From Octopus vulgaris (taxonomy: Eukaryota): 64,000 nucleotides of DNA. Below the pieces are notes generated by a model. That model was not told where the DNA came from, ran no database searches, and saw nothing but the letters and a program-made list of their open reading frames with translations. Where the stretch lies: positions 33,294,001 through 33,358,000 of the forward strand of contig OX597826.1 in NCBI GenBank assembly GCA_951406725.2. Reading direction: 5' to 3'. This document shows positions 54,921-64,000 of the stretch, piece by piece; position 1 is the stretch's first letter; every line of letters begins with the position of its first letter. The translations under genes and the position numbers were made by a program.

Positions 54921-55272
54921 TAAGGGGTAAAGTGTAAAGAACCCCTTCGGTCATAAATGACCATGGGTTTGCCCATAGAAAGTTCCCCTCTGAGGTACAA
55001 GACCGGGCAAGTTTATTCATGGAAGACCAACAATCGCCCATGCATACCAGCCTCCCCTCTCCACACCACTGATGTCATACAAGGGAAAGCAAAGGGGCTG
55101 ATACAGCTTGGTGCCAGTGATGTTGCAACTCATTTCTACAGCTGAGTTAACTGGAGCAACATGAAATAAAGTGTCTTGCTAAATAACACAACACACAGCC
55201 CAGCCCAAGAATTGAACTTACAACCTCATATCTGTAAGTCCAATGTTCTAACCACTGAGCTACGAACCTTCA
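54921..55272 (-). mobile_element. tRNA-derived SINE family E
   Basis: Minus strand TAGCTCAGTGGTTAGA A-box, AGTTCAATTC B-box, AGCAAGACACTTTATTTCATGTTGCTC core (fragments also near 4815-4920 and 37370-37500). Confidence 0.7.
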
Positions 55273-56689
55273 CTGTTGATAAAATATAGAAAGCATATTT
55301 GGTATTTTAAGGTTTATAAAACATACACATGTTTTGGTAAGTCTACTGACAATATTACACTGTTTACATTCTTCAAGCTGCCACAACAAAGACCTTTCAC
55401 AATGCCCAACACCAGGAATATGTGACCCCTATTAACTTTGATGGAAACTCAATTTCATGATGTATCTCTCGTCAAAAGCTTAGCAGTTCCTTAAATAATG
55501 ATCAATGAAATAAGGTCCAGTCCAAACTACATATTTCTAATTGATCATGGTAAAGCAAATTCCTTATAGGCACTGATTTAACATATTAGCCATCCAGTAA
55601 TTGAGACTTCTAGAAGGGTAGAAGAGTACAGATATTTGTCCCGATAGAATAAAGAAAATATCTGAAACGGCGATGGTTTTTGTGTCCATTGGCCAATAGC
55701 CAAGAGGAACAGACGGTATGCTGCCTGAATGGTAAGGTGCCATTTTAGAAAATGGCAGAAATCTACGTTAATCCAGTTACTGTGATATTCTTGAAAGTGT
55801 AATAAAAGATTAATTGCTGTGTGATTAGCAGGCAAGGTGTCTAATAGCCACTAACACCATAGCAGATCAATAACCCGAGAGACTTCGAGGCCACAGCTTG
55901 GCTTTTTAGACTCATAATTCATTCAAGCTGAAAACTGTAATTCATTACATAATGTACATATGCGCCATCTAACGAGGCACTGATGTAGTTACAAGTCCAA
56001 AATTAATTGAAGTATTTGTTTATATATCTGCTTATGATGCTGGAAGCAATGATGCCTAAACATCATTTTATCTAATACCAAAGATACCTTTAGAATACAC
56101 AGACACACAAAGATATACATAGACGCATACACACACACACATGCATACACACACACATACATAAGCATACAGTCTTAAAAGTAGAACGTTATGGCTTAAC
56201 ATAACAGCAATTTGGAAACTCTATCTATTTGCTGTGAAGCCAACACAGTTATTGATTTTATCTAATAGCAAAATGAAGTTCGCTTTGAGCCATGAAGAAG
56301 TCAAAATATTCGGAAAAGATCGGCAAATACAATATGGAAGCCAATAGCATCATTTGATTTTCTTAATTTGTGCTTTTTTATTATTTCTTTTTTATTTATA
56401 TATTTATTTATTATTGGATTTCTTCTTCATATGTTTGTGAATGGAATGAAAAACATGTAAAGTTTATTTTTGCATCCTATCCTATTAATTTCTTACCTAT
56501 GGAGGAGACCATAGATTTATAGGGAAGTGAAAATAACAGATTGTGATATTCCTTGCTGTTTGAGATGGAAATGAAAAAGCTACAAACACAGAGCAGAGCC
56601 AAGCTGTGCGTTATTTGCTGTAACATTTCTCTCCCTCTTTGTAATATCCTATTAAAAGGGGTTTCTTAGAATTTATTTAAAATATTCTT

Positions 56690-57139
56690 TCTAGTTTTGT
56701 CACAAGGTCAGCAGTTGAGGAGAGGGGTAAATTGATTCCATTGACTCCCAGAGATTAACTACTACTTTATTTTATTGGCCCTGGATGGATAGAAAGCAAA
56801 GTTGACCTCAGCAGAATTTAAACTCAAAACAAAAGAAATGGAAGAAATACCACAAAGCATTTGTCCGAAGCACATTTGGTTCTGTCAGCTCACTGTTTTG
56901 AAATCATTTGAAATATAGAATTCTTTGTTCTCTTTACCATATTCTTTTCTACTCTAGGCCTGAAATGTTTTTGGGGAAGGGGCCAGTTGATTAGATCGAC
57001 CTCAGTATGCAACTGGTACTTAATTTAATGACTCTGATAAAATAAGTACCTCAGTGGAATTTGAACTCAGAGCCTGATGACGGATGTAATACAGTTAAGT
57101 ATTTCACCTGGCATGTTAACGATTCTGCCAGCTCACTGC

Positions 57140-57210
<71 letters not shown>

Positions 57211-57646
57211 CACAGATAGAGAAATTAAGGCCAACAGACCAGATATAGTTGTCAGAGATCATGAAGAAAAAAATGCTTTCTAATTGATGTATCAATACCG
57301 GCAGATGACAACGTGTCTCTAAAAGAAATGGAGAAACTCTCAAAATACAAAGACCTGGAAATAGAGGTAACTAGAATGTGGAATCTGAAAACAGAAACAA
57401 TTCCTATCATAGTAGGTGCATTAGGCATGATAAAAAAATATTCAGATAAATACATAACAAAAACACCAGGACTTACAAACACATATAACATACAGAAAAT
57501 TGCACTACTAGGCACTGCACACATCCTACGCAGAACACTTTCCATACAATAACCATCAGAGCATCACAACAAATCACAGCACATACCCAAGGCACACAGA
57601 GCTGCACTCGGTAGTGAAGTGAAAGCACGCTATAAAAATAAAACTA

Positions 57647-57712
<66 letters not shown>

Positions 57713-58700
57713 CTTTTCTACTCTAGGCAGAAGGCCCGACATGTTTTTGGAGAAGGTGACAGTCGATTAGATCGACCCCAGTATGCAACAGGCACTTAAT
57801 TTATCAACCCTGGAAGGATGAAAGGCAAATTCGACCTCGGCAGAATTTGAACTCAGAACGTAAAGCCAGGCAAAATACCACTACGCATTTCGCCCAGCAT
57901 GCTAATGTTTCTGCCTGCTTGCCACCTTTCTCTTGACCATATTGAAACTGAATGGCTAAGCACCAGAAATTAGAACCAAAAATAAATAAATAAAACAAAT
58001 AAATTATGTAAGTCCACCTTGAGCTAAAGAAGATACAATTTGAATTGTTAGAAATAGTCTTTGAGTAAATACCATGAAGTAAAATATTTTTCTGAATGTT
58101 CACAATATTATTTCTTGAATCAAATTCTACCAGGGTTGACTTTGCCTGTCATTCTTTCGGGGTCGATAAATTAAGTACTAGTTGTGCACTGGCATTGATC
58201 TAATCGACTGGCTCCTTCCCAAAAAATTTCGGGCCTTGTGCCTAGAGTAGAAGAGAATATTATTTCTTGAATACTTCCACATGTCTTGTGAAATATTTGA
58301 CACATTCTACTATAAATTCAAGAACTCAAATAGCATAATAATTCTTAAAGTTTAGTGAATAAATATAAAAGAAGTGACAGGGGCAAAATCATTAAGGGAT
58401 TCATTCACCTCAAACTGTGTCAGGGTTTTACTTTTAGAGGGTGTCTATGGTGGAGTCTGAATTTTAAAAGACCTAATACATGCTGTTACAAGGAACTGTA
58501 ACAACTGACATAACCAGAAGCTAACAAATGGTTTAAAATTTTGGCACAAGGCCAGCAATTTGGGGGAAGAGGAAAGTCGATTAAATCCACCCCAGTGCAT
58601 AACAGGTACTTATTTTATTGATTCCAAAAGAATAAAAGACATTGTCTTTACTTTAGGGGAATTTAAACTCAGAATATAAAGAAATATGAGAGATGCCGTA
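56690..58700. mobile_element. Cluster of SINE family B copies (~56690-56895, 56945-57140, 57712-57928, 58120-58258, 58528-58700)
   Basis: Repeated family B core, B-box and GGCCTTGTGCC tail. Confidence 0.75.
57209..57650 (+). mobile_element. R4/Dong-type LINE 3' fragment inside (TAA)n
   Basis: TDREIKANRPDIVV...(frameshift in poly-A)...CFLIDVSIP...KEMEKLSKYKDL...IPIIVGALG...QKIALLGTAHILRRTLS*; long (AAT)n on both sides. Confidence 0.9.
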
Positions 58701-60029
58701 AAACATTCTGGGATCATTGTGGTTTGAATAGCTCTCTCCAATTCTGTTCTAGTTGCTTTCAAATTTGGTACATGGATTAAATTTTGTATGTTAATTATGA
58801 AAATGAAAATTATTTTCCCTATAAATTTATACTTAAAAAGTTATTAACCTTTAAAGTTTACAAAATTTGGAATTTTAGCCAATCAGAAGCGAGTATTTTA
58901 CCCATCACCGTGAAGTTCCGTTAGCATAGTAAACAAAGAGCTCTTTTTCCATAGCAACCAAGAAGTGTAACCACCATGTGTTCCATAACTGTTTGCAAAG
59001 AACTCTGTTTCCATAGTAACCAATGATGCTGCATATGTGCACAAGTATTTAATTTCCTTATGCATATGTTTTAATGCTTTCCACAGTTATTTCTAAAGTT
59101 TTGACATCCCAGCACCCCCACCCACCCATTTCTCTTTACTGTGACAGATGATGGAAGAGGCAGCAAGTGTACTGTTTTCTGATTGGCTGAAAGTTCTGAA
59201 AATCGTCAGTCTTTGAACACCTGTAACATTTTCGCAGTATTTTTCTGGAATAAAGACTAACAAAATCAGATTTCAGTGTCACAAATCATATCTTTTTGCT
59301 ATATTAAAAACATTTTTGAAGATTTCGACATGCAGTGCTTCAAACCAGAAAGATCCGGATTTTTCCCAACATACTAAAGATTCTGGCAGCTCTCCATCTT
59401 TCAGGCAACCACTTAATGTTACCCACTTAAATATCTTCCAACAGATTCATCATACAATTAAAGCCCACAGTTCTAATAGTTCTCATGCCGCTCTTTTTGG
59501 GCAGAACAATCAAAGGACAATGCCAACAATAGCTGATGATAGTTTCACAGATTATTTAGCCACCAACATAACCCATTCTTCATCGAAGCGATTTATTTAT
59601 ATGATATTTGATATCAATAAAACTGCATCCCACGTGAGAACCTTCAATTTAGAGTGCACACAAATGGCCTACCTCCATCTATTATCTGTTGAATCTGAAG
59701 CTACCATTGGAGGATTTCTTCTGACAAGATCCTCCCTATTTCATATTTTATCAATTGTGGAATGTCTTACGTTTTTATTGTCTTTCATTCTATTCCTTCC
59801 TACCATTATTAATTTATTTGCTGTCATTTTTAATACCACACAATCCAACACATAAAAATACCACCTGCTAATATTGATTTATATATATTTATAGGATTTA
59901 TAGGTAAGGGATAATAAAACAAATGGTCTACACATGGTAGCTTACTGGTAAAGCACAGTCACTTTCACAGTGATTGTTATGTATATTCCATCTTTCGTCT
60001 TTCAATTGCCATATATAGATAGATATATC

Positions 60030-60077
<48 letters not shown>

Positions 60078-60089
60078 CATATATATACA

Positions 60090-60118
<29 letters not shown>

Positions 60119-60121
<3 letters not shown>

Positions 60122-61041
60122 ATAGAAATATTAAAATAACTAAGTCTCTCTAAAAGAGAACAGCGGCAGCGTTCCCGGAAAATAATAGTTATCGCCATAC
60201 TAATATGGCATTCTTATAAAAATAAGAAAAAAGCTGTCCGCTTATTAGCTCCATGAGGCCATCACCTTAAGTTAGCTATTTGATACACAAACTGTATCCA
60301 TATAACCTTCGAACAAGGGAGGTCAGTCGCTCCACACTACTTGACCGGCAGCTACAGACGCGTTTCGGGGTATTGCCCCTTTTCAATGCAGCGTAGCCAG
60401 CCAGTAGGTGTCGCTTCCGACAATCTCTGTTCGATGGTTTTATTTACCTAGTTTCGGTGGAATACATCCACTTGTTTTCAATAATAGAAATATTAAAATA
60501 ACTAAGTCTCTCTAAAAGAGAACAGCGGCAGCGTTCCCGGAAAATAATAGTTATCGCCATACTAATATGGCATTCTTATAAAAATAAGAAAAAAGCTGTC
60601 CGCTTATTAGCTCCATGAGGCTAATAAGCGGACAGCTTTTTTCTTATTTTTATAAGAATGCCATATTAGTATGGCGATAACTATTATTTTCCGGGAACGC
60701 TGCTGCTGTTCTCTTTTAGAGAGACTTAGTTATTTTAATATTTCTATTATTGAAAACAAGTGGATGTATTCCACCGAAACTAGGTAAATAAAACCATCGA
60801 ACAGAGATTGTCGGAAGCGACACCTACTGGCTGGCTACGCTGCATTGAAAAGGGCCAATACCCCGAAACGCGTCTGTAGCTGCCGGTCAAGTAGTGTGGA
60901 GCGACTGACCTCCCTTGTTCGAAGGTTATATGGATACAGTTTGTGTATCAAATAGCTAACTTAAGGCGATGGCCTCATGGAGCTAATAAGCGGACAGCTT
61001 TTGTCTTATTTTTATAAGAATGCCATATTAGTATGGCGATA

Positions 61042-61052
<11 letters not shown>
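60119..61052. mobile_element. Tandem + inverted PLE-type element: 362-bp period, 433-bp arms 60179-60611 / 60620-61052
   Basis: Unit start repeats at 60119 and 60481; fold-back with 8-nt loop; (TA)n flanks. Confidence 0.9.
60351..60392 (-). ncRNA. Minimal type-I hammerhead ribozyme, U3-A8 core variant
   Basis: GCTGCA-TTGAAAA-GGGG-CAATA-CCCC-GAAAC-GC-GTC-TGTAGC; mirror copy at 60839-60880 (+). Confidence 0.78.
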
Positions 61053-61090
<38 letters not shown>

Positions 61091-61091
<1 letters not shown>

Positions 61092-61426
61092 CAATTGCAG
61101 CGTGGAAGGTGTTTATGAGCCATTTAAGAAACACACAAAAGCCGTTCGATTCACTTCAACATTTGAGTTTAATTTGTCAAAATATTTTCGTCGCTAAAAT
61201 CCGCGACCTGTTCACTGACAAAAATCTGTGCTGCCGGATTTTTGTCAGTGAACAGGTCGCGGATTTTAGCGAGAAAATATTTTGACAAATTAAACTTAAA
61301 TGTTGAAGTGAATCGAACGGCTTTTGTGTGTTTCTTAAATGGCTCATAAACACCTTCCACGCTGCAATTGTTTTCATTACAGCACACGATCTCAGATCAG
61401 ATTACTTGCTATGCGAGTACATCTCC

Positions 61427-61428
<2 letters not shown>
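61091..61428. mobile_element. Palindromic element, ~137-bp arms spanning 61091-61371, plus a one-sided tail; (TA)n flanks
   Basis: Direct reading; same family as 18292-18467. Confidence 0.88.
61173..61222 (-). ncRNA. Minimal hammerhead-like ribozyme, G3-C8 variant
   Basis: TTTGTCA-GTGAACA-G-GTCGC-GGATTTTA-GCGAC-GAAAA-TA-TTT-TGACAAA; the mirror copy at 61241-61289 lacks one C. Confidence 0.65.
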
Positions 61429-61489
<61 letters not shown>

Positions 61490-61518
61490 CTAATAGTGAG
61501 GGGTCAGCAAAAGAGATG

Positions 61519-61585
<67 letters not shown>

Positions 61586-62000
61586 TATATACTAGAAAAA
61601 TGGTCAAATTTTCCACAAGAATTTAGTTCAATTTGAAAACTCCACTAGAATGGACGAAAGCGCTAATACATGATATATGATATATGATATATAATGTATA
61701 AAAACATGTAATATACAAATAAATATCTGTAAATATAAAACCATCCGAATTTCTGAGTACCTTATTTCTTCTAATATAAAATACCTGCACATCATCTCCA
61801 AACCTTCTAATACATATATATATATATATATATATCATCATCCTCATCATCCTTTTAGCGTCCGTTCTCCATGCTAGCATGGGTTGGACGGTTCAACTGG
61901 GGTCTGTGAAGCTTGAAGGCTTCATCAGGCCCAGTCAGATCTGGCAGTGTTTCTACGGCTGGATGCCCTTCCTAACGCCAACCACTCCGTGAGTGTAGTG

Positions 62001-62711
62001 GGTGCTTTTTACGTGCCACCCGCACAGGTGCCAGACAGAGCTGGCAAACGGCCACGAACGGATGGTGCTTTTACGTGTCACCGGCACGGGGCCAGGCGAG
62101 GCTGGCAACGGACATGAACGGATGGTGCTTTTACGTGCCACCAACACGGGGGCCAGACAGAGCTGGCAAACGGCCATGAAACGGATGGTGCTTTTACGTG
62201 TCACCAGCACGGGGGCCAGGCGAGGCTGGCAACGGACACGAACGGATGGTGCTTTTACATGCCAACGACACGGGGGGCCAGACAGGGCTGGCAAACGGCC
62301 ACGAACGGATGGTGCTTTTACGTGTCACCGGCACGGGGGCCAGGCCAGGCTGGCAACGGACACGAATGGATGGTGCTTTTACATGTCACCGACATGGGGG
62401 CCAGACAGGGCTGGCAAACGGCCACGAACGGATGATGCTTTTACATGTCACCAACATGGGGGCCAGACAGGGCTGGCAAACGGCCACGAACGGATGGTGC
62501 TTTTACGTGTCACCGGCACGGGGGCCAGACAGAGCTGGCAAACGGCCACAAACGGATGGTGCTTTTACGTGTCACCGGCACGGGGGCCAGGCCAGGCTGG
62601 CAACGAACACAAACGGCTGGTGCTTTTACGTGCCACCGACACGGGGGCCAGACAGGGCTGGCAAACGGCTACGAACGGATGGTGCTTTTATGTGTCACCT
62701 GCACGGGGGCC
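62001..62711 (-). repeat. Tandem array of ~11.5 x 60-63-bp units in the RTE 3' UTR
   Basis: Units start at about 62001, 62064, 62124, 62187, 62248, 62311, 62372, 62434, 62496, 62558, 62619, 62681. Confidence 0.95.
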
Positions 62712-62759
62712 CTGATGTTGATCGACCTCAATTTGGTTTGATTTTGATTTTGACTGTTC

Positions 62760-64000
62760 TCACTGGTCTTGCCGGGTTTTCTCACGCACAGCAAACTTCC
62801 AAAGGTCTCGGTCACTGGTCATTTCCTTGGTGAGACCTAAAGTTCGAAGGTCGTGCTTCACCGCCTCGACCCAGGTTTTCCTGGGTCTACCTCTTCCACA
62901 GGTCCCCTCAACTGCCAGGGTGTGGCACTTTCGCACACAACTATCTTCAACCATTCTCATCACATGACCATACCAGCGCATACGTCTCTCTTGCACACAA
63001 CAACTGATGCTTCTTAGGTTCAACTTTTCTCTCAAGGTACTTACACTCTGTCGATTATGAACACTGATGTTACACATCCATCGGAGCATACTAGCTTCAT
63101 TTCTTGCGAGCTTACGCAAATCCTCAGCAGTCACAGCCCAAGTTTCACTACCATGTAGCATGGCTGTACGTACACATGCATCATACAGTCTGCCTTTTAC
63201 TTTGAGCGAGAGGCCTTTTGTCACCAGCAGGGGTAAGAGCTCTCTAAACTTTGCCCAGGCTATTCTTACTCTAGCAGTTATACTTTCAGCGCACCCGCCC
63301 CCGCTACTGACTTGGTCACCTAGGTAACGGAAACTATCAACTACTTCTAGCTTTTCTCCCTGGAAAGTGACGGAAGTTGGTCTCAGAGCATTTTCAGTGT
63401 TTATTGTTCCTGAGCATCTGCCACATACAAAAAACATCTTCCTAGTTAGCCTTCCTTTGACATTGCTGCACCTCTTATGTGTCCATAGCTTACACTTGGT
63501 GCATCTTATAGAGTTTCTACCTACACCTTTTCTACAGATCGAGCAGAGCCATCTACCTGAAGGCGTTTGTGATTGGTCTACCTTCCTACTTATTAGGACT
63601 TTGGTTTTGGCTAGGTTGATTCTAAGGCCCTTCGATTCTAAACCTTATTTCCATACCTGAAACTTCTCCTCTAGTTCTGATAGAGACTCAGCAATTAGAG
63701 CAAGGTCATCAGCATAGAGGAGCTCCCAGGGGCATCCTGTCTTGAATTCCTCCGTTATTGCCTGGAGGACTATGATAAATAGGAGGGGACTGAGGACTGA
63801 ACCTTGGTGGACCCCAACCTCTACCCTGAATTCTTCACTGTACTCGGTGCCAACCCTCACCTTACTAGCAGCGTCTCTGTACATGGCTTGTACAGCTTTC
63901 ACTAACCATTCATCTATCCCTAGTTTCCTCATTGACCACCAGATGAGGGATCGGGGGACCCTGTCAAAGGCTTTCTCCATATCAACAAAAGCCAGGTATA
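62760..64000 (-). pseudogene. RTE reverse transcriptase C-terminal half with inserted PHD-type finger; one nonsense codon
   Basis: EKAFDRVP, GVHQGSVLSPLLF, LLYADD, FRYLG, RWYGHV, RGRPRKTW; same frame throughout with a single TAA at 63645-63647. Confidence 0.93.

Larger units (their letters stand above)
61836..64000 (-). mobile_element. RTE-clade LINE, 3' portion (continues beyond the window)
   Basis: RT ORF, 3' UTR with tandem array, conserved terminus and degenerate (GAT)n tail. Confidence 0.93.

Noticed and set aside
59316-59855. 179-aa non-repetitive ORF
   Set aside because: Starts at TTG, no recognisable domain, and overlaps the edge of a probable old repeat; cannot be supported without a search.
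62001-62711. CRISPR-like appearance and 211-237-aa ORFs in the tandem array
   Set aside because: No unique spacers and no cas genes; eukaryotic LINE 3' UTR context; the ORFs are by-products of a stop-poor repeat.

Overview
Eukaryotic, AT-rich, microsatellite-saturated non-coding DNA: (TA)n, (CA)n, (TATG)n, (TAA)n and long CAT/CAC/GGT tracts. The repeat content resembles an octopus/cephalopod genome (inference from recalled repeat families, not verified). I cannot support any intact host gene, and nearly all ORFs in the track are microsatellite translations. The recognisable content is transposable-element debris: several tRNA-headed SINE families; an RTE-type LINE (RT with an inserted PHD-type finger, and a 3' UTR array of ~62-bp hairpin units); four R4/Dong-type LINE 3' ends inside (TAA)n; Penelope-like (PLE) GIY-YIG remnants; and mariner, maT, hAT and pogo-type DNA-transposon relics. 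The most notable signal is a set of non-coding, mostly palindromic elements, usually sitting in (TA)n, that carry type-I hammerhead ribozyme (HHR) folds. They belong to at least 7 sequence-unrelated families, and their cores covary at the 3-8 tertiary pair (C3-G8, U3-A8, G3-C8). One family joins a tRNA-like Pol III head to an HHR. All folds and coordinates were read by eye.
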